Assembly (NCBI GenBank): GCA_038243585.1
Contig: JBBSQY010000030.1
Coordinates: 1-41,370 of the forward strand
Source: Candidatus Sumerlaeales bacterium
GTDB lineage: Bacteria; Sumerlaeota; Sumerlaeia; Sumerlaeales; Sumerlaeaceae
Direction: 5' to 3'
Length of the DNA: 41,370 bases
Numbering within the stretch: the stretch's first letter is position 1; each line of letters opens with the position of its first letter. The position numbers and the translations under genes are program-made. Under the pieces are notes generated by a model that ran no database searches, had not been told where the DNA came from, and worked only from the letters and a program-made list of their open reading frames with translations. Below are positions 8,418-17,925 of the stretch, piece after piece.

Positions 8418-8894
8418 TCAAAGTGCCTCACGCTCCCGCTGGATCCGTCGCACTGCCAGCTCCATCTGTTCCAGAAACCTTGAGCGGTCCCGTTTTGTGA
8501 ATGGTGCGGGGCCTCCGGCTCCGGCTCCTTCGGGCAGGGTGCCGTCGCCGCGCAGCTTGTCCAGCAGGTCGCGGGTGGCCAGGGTTTCGCCGATGTTGCC
8601 CTGGTGGAGCAGGCGGCCTCGCCCGTTTAATACGAGCGCGCCTTTTTTTACGCAGCGGGCGGCGAGGGGGATGTCGTCGGTTATGCAGATGTCTCCGGCG
8701 GTGATTTTTTCTGCGATCCAATCGTCGGCGATGTCGGGGCCGGCGGGAACGACTATCATGGTGACGCCGGGGGCGCCGGGATCGCGCATCTGTTGGCAGG
8801 CGACCACGTAGGTCGGCATATTATGGCGGGCGGCGACGCGGTAGGCTTCATCTTTGACCGGGCAGGCGTCGGCGTCGACGTAGAGTTCCATCAT
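8418..8894 (-). CDS. yaiI: YaiI/YqxD (DUF188) family protein
   Basis: YVDADACPVK, DIADDWI, ITDDIPLAARC, GGPAPFTKRDRSRF; start reassigned to ATG 8894/8891. Confidence 0.9.
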   Translation of the reverse strand: MMELYVDADACPVKDEAYRVAARHNMPTYVVACQQMRDPGAPGVTMIVVPAGPDIADDWIAEKITAGDICITDDIPLAARCVKKGALVLNGRGRLLHQGNIGETLATRDLLDKLRGDGTLPEGAGAGGPAPFTKRDRSRFLEQMELAVRRIQREREAL

Positions 8895-9089
8895 GAGGCG
8901 GGCTGGGATTTGACGGGAACGGCTGATGTGGTTGCGGGAAGACCGGCCGCATTCGCTATTGTGATGGGCGCACAAATTTTCTTGTTCATAGGGGAAAGGC
9001 AATGCATGCAGGGGGTTATCGGCAACAAAAAACCTTTTTAACATTGGCTGTTTTTCAGCTTCATTTTTGAGTAAAGAAATTGGATCCCT

Positions 9090-10982
9090 ATGCTGAAATT
9101 ATCTGTATTGATCTTGCTGCTGCTTGCTATCTCGCCGGGGGCGTTGACCGCAGCGGCCGCGACGACTGCCCCATTGAGTCGGGAGCGCATCTCTGAGATC
9201 GAAAAGTTTTTGCCCGCTGCTCCGAGCGGACCTGGCAAGCCTATTTCTGATCGGGAGTATTGGAACGGGCTGGCTAAAGATGAAGCGTTTCAGTCGCAAA
9301 TTGCGACGGCGGATACCATCATGGGTCAGCCGCTGCCGGAGCTGTCGGATGAGCTTTACCTAGAATTTTCTCGCAATGGGAATCGCAAAAATTATGAAAA
9401 CCTGGCCTTTCAACGGAGAAGACGTTTGCTTCCGCTGGTGGTCGCGGAATGTTTGCAAAACGAAGGTCGCTATCTACCGGCTATAGAAAGCCTGGCAAAT
9501 GCCTTGTGCGATGAACGGACGTGGGTTCTCCCGGCACATGACCGCCAGCTCAGCAATTTTAACGGCACCAATATAACGATTGATCTTTTTTCGTCTGCGC
9601 TGGCTTACAATCTGGCTATCACGAATTACCTGCTTGCTGACAAGCTGGATCCCCAGGTTTCGGCGCGAATGAAGTCGGAGATTGATAAGCGGGTCCTGGG
9701 TCCGTTTATCGGCATGGTGCGGGGCGAACGTAAGCGGGATGGCTGGTTGACGACGACTAACAACTGGAATTCGGTTTGCCTGGCGGGGGTAACTGGCGCC
9801 GCGTTGCTTCAGGTGAATTCTGCCCGCGACCGGGCTGAGTTTGTGGCGGCTGCGGAACAGTATTCGCAATATTTTCTTTCTGGTTTTACGGCAGACGGCT
9901 ATTGCAGCGAGGGCCTTGGATATTGGAATTATGGCTTTGGAGAGTTCGTGCTGTTGTCTGAAAATCTCCGCATGGCGACTGGTGGGAAGATTGATCTTCT
10001 GGCGGACATCAAGGCGGAAAAGCCGGCAGCTTACGGCGCACGGATTGAAATTATTAACGGGATCCCTCCGGCGTTTGCCGATTGCTCAGTGAGTGCGCGT
10101 CCTTCTGGTTCGCTTATGTGGCTATTAAATCGGAGGTTCGGTTGGGGCATAAAGGAGTATGAAAACCTGAACACCAGGGCCACGCTTGGTTCGCTGGCTG
10201 ACATGCTTATTTATCATGATGTGAAACTGGGGATGGATAAGTCGGTGGCAGCGGCGACCGCCAAGATGGATTTTGAGAAGCGTACATTTTTTCCGGATGC
10301 GGGGGTCTACCTGGGGCGTCCGGATACGGTCATGCCAGACTCCATGGGCGTTGCGCTGAAGGGCGGGCATAATGACGAACACCATAACCATAATGATCTG
10401 GGATCCTACGTGGTGGTGATGGGGAATACGTCTATTCTGCTGGATCCGGGCGCGGAGGTTTATACGAAGAGAACGTTCAGCAAAGAGCGTTATGACAGCA
10501 AACTTCTGAACTCGTATGGCCATCCCGTGCCGGTGGTGGCGGGGCAATTGCAGGAAAAAGGAAAGGCGTCGCGGGGGATAATTCTTTCGACGGATTTTAC
10601 AGATACGACTGACACCGTTGTGATTGATATCAGTTCGGCTTACAAAGTTCCTACCCTCAAGAAGCTTGTCCGGACGTTCCAATATGTACGTGGGGCACAG
10701 CCGGTTTTTATCGTTAAGGACGAGGTGGAATTCAGCCAACCGGAGACTTTTGAAACAGCGCTGATCAGCGCGGGAACGTTTGCGACGGAAGACAAAACGT
10801 CGGTCTCGGTGGCGCAGGGTGATGTTTCTGCAGGGATTAAGATTACATCGTCAGCGCCGTATGGTCTGGCGCTGGACACGATAAATGAAAACGCTTCGGT
10901 GAAACCGAATCGTCTGGCAATTAAGCTTTCGGAACCGGTGACCTCGGCGACAATAACGGCGGTGGTTTCTGCCAGGCGCTAA
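9090..10982 (+). CDS. secreted heparinase II/III-like polysaccharide lyase
   Basis: Signal peptide; NNWNSVC, EGLGYWNY, GHNDEHHNHNDLGS, LLDPG, SYGHPVP. Confidence 0.85.
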   Translation: MLKLSVLILLLLAISPGALTAAAATTAPLSRERISEIEKFLPAAPSGPGKPISDREYWNGLAKDEAFQSQIATADTIMGQPLPELSDELYLEFSRNGNRKNYENLAFQRRRRLLPLVVAECLQNEGRYLPAIESLANALCDERTWVLPAHDRQLSNFNGTNITIDLFSSALAYNLAITNYLLADKLDPQVSARMKSEIDKRVLGPFIGMVRGERKRDGWLTTTNNWNSVCLAGVTGAALLQVNSARDRAEFVAAAEQYSQYFLSGFTADGYCSEGLGYWNYGFGEFVLLSENLRMATGGKIDLLADIKAEKPAAYGARIEIINGIPPAFADCSVSARPSGSLMWLLNRRFGWGIKEYENLNTRATLGSLADMLIYHDVKLGMDKSVAAATAKMDFEKRTFFPDAGVYLGRPDTVMPDSMGVALKGGHNDEHHNHNDLGSYVVVMGNTSILLDPGAEVYTKRTFSKERYDSKLLNSYGHPVPVVAGQLQEKGKASRGIILSTDFTDTTDTVVIDISSAYKVPTLKKLVRTFQYVRGAQPVFIVKDEVEFSQPETFETALISAGTFATEDKTSVSVAQGDVSAGIKITSSAPYGLALDTINENASVKPNRLAIKLSEPVTSATITAVVSARR

Positions 10983-11048
10983 TGGTATTTCGCCAATATG
11001 ACTGATGATTAAGCGGCTTATTATCATAAGCATTGTTGCCTTAATAAA

Positions 11049-11150
11049 TGCCGGCTTTAGCCCGCCATTCTTTGCACCCTCATTTATGAGGGGTGACCAT
11101 AGCGAACATAAGAATAGCGCGCTTCAGCGTGGCTTCACAACCGCTTCAGC
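11049..11150 (-). repeat. family A element copy 2 (inverted)
   Basis: Reverse complement GCTGAAGCGGT...GCCACGCTGAAGCGCGCT...CACCCCTCATAAATGAGGGTGCAAAGA...GGCTAAAGCCGGCA. Confidence 0.88.
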
Positions 11151-11175
11151 AATGATTTTCGGAGCCGCGACTGGC

Positions 11176-11280
11176 GCTGAAGCGGTATAAAAGCCGCGCT
11201 GAAGCGCGCTATAATCCTTCACAAATCCGCAACACCCCTCATAAATGAGGGTGCAAAGAGGGATCCGGCTAAAGCCGGAA
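11176..11280 (+). repeat. family A element copy 3
   Basis: Forms an inverted doublet with copy 2 across a 25-nt spacer; very close to copy 4. Confidence 0.88.
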
Positions 11281-11401
11281 ACTCGTAGCCATAGTCGATT
11301 AACGGCTTTCATTCAAAGCTTTTTCTTCGCCGCGCTTCCTTCGTTGCATCACATCCCAGGGCCCTACAACTACACCTAAAACCCCGACTTCGATTAAGCC
11401 G

Positions 11402-12796
11402 CTACTTCGTTTCGATCGCCTGCTTTAAGCGGTAGATGATGCTGCGCAGGCGGCGGGCCATTTCGTTTGCTTTCAGGGCGGATTTACCTTTGTAGTCCAG
11501 TTTCTCTTGTTTCGCTGCGTACTTCAGAGATTCCTCGAGCAAGGCAAGCTTTGCCGGGCCTGTTGTCAGTTTGTCCGATTGTTGGGCCAGCAGCACGGCG
11601 ATGTTCATGTTGACCTCTGCGTAGCTCGGCGAGAGGTCTCGAACCTTGTGGAAATACGTCAGCGATTCTGTAGTCTGGTCTACGGTCGACAGAAGAAAAG
11701 CGTATTTGTAAAGTGCGCTTGGGTAATAACCTGCCTCTCGCGGCAGGGGTTTTATGTCGCCGGATTCAAACCGCTGGATCAGCTTTGGGAAAAGCTCCAT
11801 GGCCAGCGGAATAGTGGTTTCAATGGCGCGCATTGCCGTCTCAAACGGAGGCATTGGCGCGTCGGGCCATTTGTCCGTTACGGCTTTTAACAGCGCGGCA
11901 TCTTCTTCCATTGTGCGGTAGCTGCTGACCGACATGCTCATCACGGCGGGGCCCTGATCTCCAAATAGAGGAGTGCGGAGGTTTCCGAAGTGTTGATACA
12001 TCCGCTTCGCTTCCGATGTGGCCAGGTCATGCATTCCGGCGGGCATCAGCGCGGGCAGGTATGCGCTCCAGCTTTCGTAGCGAGACGGATCGCGGGCGAT
12101 GCTTTTGGCGAAAAGAGAAAGGGTTTTCTTATCCTGTTCCGTGGTGTCAGAGTAACCCCAGGCCCGCTGGGCCAACCGCCTCGAAATAACGCCGGCGAAA
12201 TAGAAGTCGAGCGGGCGGCGGGTTTCCTCTGCCTTCTGTTCGGCGCGTTGCAGTGCGGTGGCGGGGTCTTCGCTGGCCCATCCGTGAGCCACCATTTCCG
12301 CGAGCACCCGGGCAACATCAGGTGCCTCAAATACTGTCGGATCGATTCGCATGGCTTCTTTTAGAAACGTGGTGGCGCTGGTGCCATTTTCCCATCCGCT
12401 GCTTGGGTAGCTGATGGCCTGCATTCCATAGTTGATTCCAAGCCACATGGCGACCCGTGCGCGGTCTTTGCCGTCCGGGTATTTTTGATATTCGGTTTGC
12501 AGTGCGGCAGCGGCGCTGGTGAAATTGTCCATGGCGAGAAAACGCACTGATGCGTCAAGGTCCGGCGGCACGGGTGCGTAAAAGGAGTCAATGTCGGGTC
12601 CGGCTGGCTTAGGGACGTTTTCAAGGAAGCTGGATAAGGTCGGCGCAGAAACGGCTGGCGTTGCGTGGGTATGAGTGTGCGGTTCACCGGGTTCTGGAGG
12701 CGTGGCCATTGTTGCCACACCAGTGGTCTGAGCCGTGACTATGCTTCCACCGCTTATTATCACACCTAACGCTATTGCCAGAGAGTTCAGCCGCAT
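11402..12796 (-). CDS. secreted alpha-helical (TPR-like) hypothetical protein
   Basis: Signal peptide MRLNSLAIALGVIISGGSIVTAQ; TPR-like repeats (LSPSYAEVNMNIAVLL); start reassigned to ATG 12796. Confidence 0.7.
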   Translation of the reverse strand: MRLNSLAIALGVIISGGSIVTAQTTGVATMATPPEPGEPHTHTHATPAVSAPTLSSFLENVPKPAGPDIDSFYAPVPPDLDASVRFLAMDNFTSAAAALQTEYQKYPDGKDRARVAMWLGINYGMQAISYPSSGWENGTSATTFLKEAMRIDPTVFEAPDVARVLAEMVAHGWASEDPATALQRAEQKAEETRRPLDFYFAGVISRRLAQRAWGYSDTTEQDKKTLSLFAKSIARDPSRYESWSAYLPALMPAGMHDLATSEAKRMYQHFGNLRTPLFGDQGPAVMSMSVSSYRTMEEDAALLKAVTDKWPDAPMPPFETAMRAIETTIPLAMELFPKLIQRFESGDIKPLPREAGYYPSALYKYAFLLSTVDQTTESLTYFHKVRDLSPSYAEVNMNIAVLLAQQSDKLTTGPAKLALLEESLKYAAKQEKLDYKGKSALKANEMARRLRSIIYRLKQAIETK

Positions 12797-12922
12797 ACGC
12801 CCATCTTTTCCGTAACAAGAATGATTTCTGCCATAATATAACGAGAATGATGCGGGCAGCAAACAGGATGTCAAGGGCAGGTGGGGCCGGAATTCGGGAA
12901 ATGATTTTCCGTTGAGGGAGGC

Positions 12923-12949
12923 CGGGAAGGCGCTGTTTCTGCCTTCCCG
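12923..12949. terminator. hairpin downstream of dxs
   Basis: CGGGAAGGC-9nt-GCCTTCCCG; no clear U-tract. Confidence 0.35.
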
Positions 12950-12989
12950 ACCCCGCTTTAATGCGGTTTACATTTTGTAGAGACTTGCA

Positions 12990-13012
12990 CACAGGCGGGA
13001 CGCCTATGCTAC
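12990..13012 (-). repeat. GTAG-type REP, family C
   Basis: GTAGCATAGGCGTCCCGCCTGTG, identical to 20898-20920; 6 nt after the dxs stop. Confidence 0.85.
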
Positions 13013-13018
13013 TTCATT

Positions 13019-14977
13019 TTAGCGCTGAAGGACCCGATCCGTGGCTGGCTCGGTTGATGCGCTTTGTCCGGCGGTGGGCTGACGACGTCCGTTGGCTTCC
13101 TTGTATTTCGCCACCGATTCCCGCACAGATGCTGCGATTTTTTCTGGAGACAGACCCGCTTCGTCCTGCTGACTGGCCTGATCGCCGTGCTCGATGTAGC
13201 CGTCAGGCACGCCTATTATCAGGCAACGACCAGCGATGTCATGCTGTATGAGCGCTTCATTGACCGCGCTGCCGAATCCGCCCATGGCCGCGCCTTCTTC
13301 CACGCTAATAAGAACCGGATAGCGCTCTGCGGTTTCCCTCAAGAGTTTAACGTCCATCGGTTTTACAAACCGGGCGTTAATCACGGCTGCGTCTATGCCA
13401 TCATCCGCCAGCAGCTCCACGGCTTTCATTACATTGCTGTAGATGTGGCCGTAGCTGAGAATGGCAACAGGCCCGTTACCATGCCGGATAACTTCGCCCT
13501 TGCCAATAGGCAGGGCTTTGAGCGGAGCTGATATATCCGCGCCGGTAAGCCCTGCACGGGGATAACGGAACGCTATGGGTCCGTCGGTGTATTCCAAGGC
13601 GGTTTGCATCATATCGCGCAGCTCGCCTTCATCCTTTGGCGCCATGACTACCATGTTCGGGATGATGCGCATGTAGCCGATATCCAGAAGCCCGTGGTGG
13701 GTGGGTCCGTCGAACCCGACAAGGCCGGCGCGATCCATGGCGAATATAACTGGAAGTTTTTGCAGGGCAGCATCATGCATGATGCTATCGTAGGCCCGCT
13801 GCAGGAACGTGGAATATATGGTTACGAACGGCCGCACGCCCTCGATTGCCATGCCGGCGGCGCTGGTCACGGCGTGACCCTCCGCTATGCCGACGTCGAT
13901 AAACCGGTCGGGGTATTTTTCAGAAAATCCAACCAGGCCGGTACCGGTGGCCATGGCTGCGGTAATAGCGACAACGCGATCGTCCTTGGCGGCCATCTCA
14001 ACGAGGGTATCGCCGTAGACGTGCGTAAAAGAGCGGGCTGTGGATTTTTTCGTTTCGCCGCTCTCGACGTTAAAGTTTGGCGGAGCGTGCCAGAAGATGG
14101 CGTCGCCTTCGGCTAGATCGTAGCCTTTGCCTTTGCGAGTTACTGCATGAAGGAGCACTGGGCCCTTAAAGCCGCGTACGTTCTGCAGAGTGGGAATCAG
14201 CTCATCCAGGTCGTGGCCATCGATTGGGCCGATATACCGGAATCCAAGATCTTCGAAGAAGACGGAAGGGACGATCAGTCCTTTTGCGCTTTCCTCCAGC
14301 TTATGCACAAAGCTGAGAACGCGCTCTCCCATTGGGACCTTTTTTACAATCTCGTAGGCTTCTTCTTTGCTTCGATTATAAAAGGAGGACTGCACAATGT
14401 GATTGAAGTATTTGTGGAGGGCTCCGACGTTGCCGCTGATCGACATCTCGTTATCGTTGAGGATAACAAGAAGGTCGCTTTCCGCGTGGCCCGCGTTGTT
14501 CAGGCCTTCAAACGGGAGACCGCAGGTCATGCTGCCGTCGCCAATAATGGCGGCGACCTTAAAATCCTTACCCATAATGTCGCGGGCCTGGGCGATACCC
14601 AAGGCTGCGCTGATGGATGTGCCGGCGTGGCCGGCCCCGAAGACATCATAAGGGCTTTCGCTGCGGCGCAGAAATCCGCTGACGCCGTCACGATTACGCA
14701 GGGTTGAGAACTGGGGGAACCTGCCGGTGACAAGCTTATGGGGGTAGCCCTGATGTCCTACGTCCCAGATCAACTTATCGTCGGGTGTGTTATAAACATA
14801 GTGCAGCGCCAGCGTGAGCTCGACTGCGCCAAGGGACGAAGCCAGATGGCCGCCGGCGGTGTTTGTAGATACCGTAGCGAGAATGGCTTGCCGAATCTCT
14901 TCTGCCACATCTTTCAGATGGATGGGGGATAATTTTCTTAGATCCTCGGGACCGTTTAGCTGCTCAAGGTAGGCCAT
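13019..14977 (-). CDS. dxs: 1-deoxy-D-xylulose-5-phosphate synthase
   Basis: GGHLASSLG, WDVGHQGYPHK, GDGSM..LNDN, GIAEGHA, YSTFLQRAYD, DGPTHHG. Confidence 0.98.
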   Translation of the reverse strand: MAYLEQLNGPEDLRKLSPIHLKDVAEEIRQAILATVSTNTAGGHLASSLGAVELTLALHYVYNTPDDKLIWDVGHQGYPHKLVTGRFPQFSTLRNRDGVSGFLRRSESPYDVFGAGHAGTSISAALGIAQARDIMGKDFKVAAIIGDGSMTCGLPFEGLNNAGHAESDLLVILNDNEMSISGNVGALHKYFNHIVQSSFYNRSKEEAYEIVKKVPMGERVLSFVHKLEESAKGLIVPSVFFEDLGFRYIGPIDGHDLDELIPTLQNVRGFKGPVLLHAVTRKGKGYDLAEGDAIFWHAPPNFNVESGETKKSTARSFTHVYGDTLVEMAAKDDRVVAITAAMATGTGLVGFSEKYPDRFIDVGIAEGHAVTSAAGMAIEGVRPFVTIYSTFLQRAYDSIMHDAALQKLPVIFAMDRAGLVGFDGPTHHGLLDIGYMRIIPNMVVMAPKDEGELRDMMQTALEYTDGPIAFRYPRAGLTGADISAPLKALPIGKGEVIRHGNGPVAILSYGHIYSNVMKAVELLADDGIDAAVINARFVKPMDVKLLRETAERYPVLISVEEGAAMGGFGSAVNEALIQHDIAGRCLIIGVPDGYIEHGDQASQQDEAGLSPEKIAASVRESVAKYKEANGRRQPTAGQSASTEPATDRVLQR

Positions 14978-15173
14978 GATTCCTCGCGTTCAGGTTTGCA
15001 TTTATTTTCACGTCGTGCCTGATAATATTCAGCCCTGGACGGAGCCGACCACCGGGAAGATAAATGGTGGGGCGTTGGATAAGACACCATGATACCGGCC
15101 TGCGTTTCTCCGGGCTTCATTTTGCTGAACATTCTCATTATACCACTAAGCCACGGAACCCGTGCTTTGTGGA

Positions 15174-15189
15174 TGGCACAGCCATTGCT
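15174..15189 (+). promoter_or_regulatory. sigma-54 (-24/-12) promoter
   Basis: TGGCACAGCCATTGCT with exact GG-N10-GC spacing, 50 nt upstream of ATG 15239. Confidence 0.7.
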
Positions 15190-15238
15190 GATTAACCCAG
15201 TACAACTGCAAATTTTGCGAAAACCAAGGAGACATAAT

Positions 15239-15583
15239 ATGTCGCAATACAGAGATTCAATGGGCAATACTGAAGAAGACATCAAAGCGCGTCTGCAGGA
15301 CGGCCTTGAAAGCGCAAAGTCGGCTGCGGCAGATACTCGCGATTACGTCAGCGGTAAATACCAGGAGGCCAGAGATCGCATGGGCCATATGGGTGATGAT
15401 GTACGTGACAGATTTGATCACCTTCGCGACACCGACTATGATGAAGTATGGACGGACGTACAGAATAGCGTACGGCAGAACCCTGGTCCCGCGCTGCTCA
15501 TCGCTGCAGCAGTAGGTCTTGCAGTGGGCGTATTGCTTGCGGGCTCCAGCGCCGCCGCAACTCGCTCCCATCGCCGCTTTTAA
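15239..15583 (+). CDS. ElaB/YqjD (DUF883)-like tail-anchored membrane protein
   Basis: AAGGAG SD; helical N-terminus then VRQNPGPALLIAAAVGLAVGVLL. Confidence 0.85.
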   Translation: MSQYRDSMGNTEEDIKARLQDGLESAKSAAADTRDYVSGKYQEARDRMGHMGDDVRDRFDHLRDTDYDEVWTDVQNSVRQNPGPALLIAAAVGLAVGVLLAGSSAAATRSHRRF

Positions 15584-15603
15584 TTAACTGGCACCGCCAT
15601 GTC

Positions 15604-15634
15604 GAGGGCGCAGGCGAATCTCGTCTGCGCCCTC
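15604..15634. repeat. strong intercistronic hairpin (REP-like)
   Basis: GAGGGCGCAGGCGA-ATC-TCGTCTGCGCCCTC, 14-bp stem with one G-T pair. Confidence 0.6.
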
Positions 15635-15661
15635 TAAATCAGAGTCAGGAGAAGCGTATCG

Positions 15662-16138
15662 ATGGATAATTTGGATGATAACGATTATGAACTTGCAAGG
15701 CAGCAGGGAATCGGAAGCGACAGCCGCGAAGTGAGAGACGTATTTGGCTACCTTGGAGAGCTTTTTTCCAAGTTGAGCACCGATGCCGGTAATTTAATTA
15801 ATCTTCAGGTAGAATTGCTGAAAGCTGAACTGCGGGAAAGCACCGCCATAATGGCGCGTAACAGCGTTTTAATACTCGCGGGCGCCGTTGTTGGGGCCAT
15901 CACACTTGCCGTTATTACACTGGCAATTATCGGATTTATTGCGACGGCCTTGCCTTTCGAAAGCGACATTATGGCTTGGGCGGTTAGCGCTCTTATAGTT
16001 GGGGTAGTTTACGCCCTTATTGCCGGGGGGCTGGTCTTTGCGGGAATTAAGAATTTTAAAGAGCGGAATATGGCGCCGACGCGCTCAATTGAAGAGATAA
16101 AGAGGGACAAGGAATGGGTGAAGGAAATCAAGAGCTAG
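15662..16138 (+). CDS. YqjE-like / phage-holin-family (Phage_holin_3_6) membrane protein
   Basis: LINLQVELLKAELRE, two TM helices, APTRSIEEIKRDKEWVK. Confidence 0.85.
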   Translation: MDNLDDNDYELARQQGIGSDSREVRDVFGYLGELFSKLSTDAGNLINLQVELLKAELRESTAIMARNSVLILAGAVVGAITLAVITLAIIGFIATALPFESDIMAWAVSALIVGVVYALIAGGLVFAGIKNFKERNMAPTRSIEEIKRDKEWVKEIKS

Positions 16139-16764
16139 ACAATTTGACCAGCGCTCAGAAAACCAAGGCCGAGCTGCAACAGCAGGTAGAGGCCAAGCGG
16201 GACGAAATGGCGCAGACGGTTGGCCAGATTCGTACTACGCTGACAAAAGAGGTGCGCGATCGTAAGGAGTCCGCCAAAAACGCGATGGACTGGAAATATT
16301 ACGTTAAAAAGCAGCCCGCAATTTGCGTGGGCGGTGCCGCCGTTGTTGGTTTGCTGATAGGTAAGATGGCCGGCTCGAAATTTTTTGAAGAAGCGCATGA
16401 ACCAACCTGGCGCGAACGCGCGGACGAAATGGTGCATGATGCGGAAGGCCGTGTCGGCGAGTGGGGTGGTCGTTTGCGTGGAGAAGGTCGCAGGGTTGAA
16501 AAGAAGACCAGCTCGTTTTGGTCCAGCGGCACAGATTTGTTGCTGAAGGAGCTAATGAAGACGGCTCAGCACATGATTATCCCGACTATCGTGGCCGCCG
16601 TAACGGGCAAGATGGCTTCTGACAGTAAAACGACAATCGTTGAAAAAAACGTGGTGAAAGATAATCGTCCCGGGCATACAGACCAGGAATTCACCACCGG
16701 CGTAACTGAACACAAAGACGGTAAAATGACTCATAAAAACCCGCAAACTGGTGAGACGCTGTAA
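16114..16764 (+). CDS. DUF3618/YqjK-like protein
   Basis: ELQQQVEAKRDEMAQTVGQI then DWKYYVKKQP and a TM segment; overlaps the upstream gene. Confidence 0.7.
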   Translation: MGEGNQELDNLTSAQKTKAELQQQVEAKRDEMAQTVGQIRTTLTKEVRDRKESAKNAMDWKYYVKKQPAICVGGAAVVGLLIGKMAGSKFFEEAHEPTWRERADEMVHDAEGRVGEWGGRLRGEGRRVEKKTSSFWSSGTDLLLKELMKTAQHMIIPTIVAAVTGKMASDSKTTIVEKNVVKDNRPGHTDQEFTTGVTEHKDGKMTHKNPQTGETL

Positions 16765-16783
16765 TCAAATTGTTTATATGTAT

Positions 16784-16819
16784 ACCGGGGGCCAACGGCG
16801 ACGCGACGCAGCCCCCGGT
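16784..16819 (-). repeat. hairpin related to the central arm of family B
   Basis: Reverse complement ACCGGGGGCTGCGTCGCGTCGCCGTTGGCCCCCGGT shares GGGCTGCGTCGC.TCGC with 7046-7062. Confidence 0.55.
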
Positions 16820-16916
16820 CATAAACGAAGGTTTCAACTGGTATAAAGCTTGACGCCGATGTGCATGGGCCATTCTTTGCAACGTCTGAGCAATTATCAG
16901 CTGAGGATTCGTTAAA

Positions 16917-17753
16917 ATGACACAAAGCACCGCCGCCGCCTTGCGGGATATGCCCCTGGATGAACGTTTCGGGTTTGGCAAAAACTGGCTCAGCTATATA
17001 GAACTTCTGGACGAGCCACGGATTGCACGTGCAGAACAAAGTCTGCGTGAGATGCTTGGCGAGGACTCTCTTGAAGGTCTGACATTTCTGGATATAGGAT
17101 GCGGCAGCGGCCTTTTTTCGTTGGCCGCCCGGCGTCTGGGCGCGGCAGTTACGGGGATGGATTTTGATCCAAACAGCGTGCGGGCGGCGGAACTGCTTCG
17201 CGAGAAATGGTTTCCCGACGACGACAATTGGACCATTCGGCAGGGTTCTGTCCTCGACGAAGAAATGATGAGCGACCTCGGAGAATTTGATATTGTATAC
17301 TCATGGGGCGTGCTGCACCATACAGGCCAGATGTGGATGGCGATCGATTCGGCATCCAAGAGGGTTAAATCCGGCGGTAAGTTCTTTATCGCTATCTACA
17401 ATGATCAGGGCCGGATTTCTCGCAATTGGCTGACTACAAAGCAAAAATATAACAAGGCATCGGATTTCCGCAAACGCGTGATGATCTACCGCCACCTTGC
17501 GCAGTTCTGGTGGAAAACGGTGATTCGCGACGTCTTCAAGTTTGGCAGCCCGACTCACACATGGCGGAATTATCAGAGCGAACGCGGCATGGATGTTTAC
17601 CATGACATGGTCGACTGGATCGGCGGCTACCCCTTCGAAGTCGCCAAACCTGAGGAAATTACCGACTTTTGCCTCCAACGCGGCTTAGCCCTGACACGCA
17701 TGAAAACCTGCGGAGGCGGCTTAGGCTGCAACGAATTCGTTTTCAGAAAGTAG
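16917..17753 (+). CDS. class I SAM-dependent methyltransferase
   Basis: RFGFGKNW, FLDIGCGSG, YSWGVLHHTG, DWIGGYPFEVA. Confidence 0.9.
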   Translation: MTQSTAAALRDMPLDERFGFGKNWLSYIELLDEPRIARAEQSLREMLGEDSLEGLTFLDIGCGSGLFSLAARRLGAAVTGMDFDPNSVRAAELLREKWFPDDDNWTIRQGSVLDEEMMSDLGEFDIVYSWGVLHHTGQMWMAIDSASKRVKSGGKFFIAIYNDQGRISRNWLTTKQKYNKASDFRKRVMIYRHLAQFWWKTVIRDVFKFGSPTHTWRNYQSERGMDVYHDMVDWIGGYPFEVAKPEEITDFCLQRGLALTRMKTCGGGLGCNEFVFRK

Positions 17754-17772
17754 CATAGGCGACTGGCCTTTG
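17750..17772 (+). repeat. degenerate GTAG-type REP, family C
   Basis: GTAGCATAGGCG (12 nt identical to family C) then ACTGGCCTTTG; its TAG is the methyltransferase stop. Confidence 0.55.
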
Positions 17773-17925
17773 CATTGGCTAAACTACTCCTAAATGAGCC
17801 GGCTTGGCGCTGCCAGTTCCTCCGCTTCGATATGTCTTGCGACGTACTAATTCGTCTGGTCTCAGTTTATTAGCGTTTCCTGAGTCTTAGGTTACCAATG
17901 CCTAACGTGAGAGGCACTCGCCTTA

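Noticed and set aside
6783..11280. CRISPR array interpretation of the repeats
   Set aside because: Repeats are dispersed or inverted, lack regular spacers, and there are no cas genes.
15662..16138. Prophage inferred from the holin-family gene
   Set aside because: Context is a yqjD/E/K-like operon; no endolysin or other phage genes.
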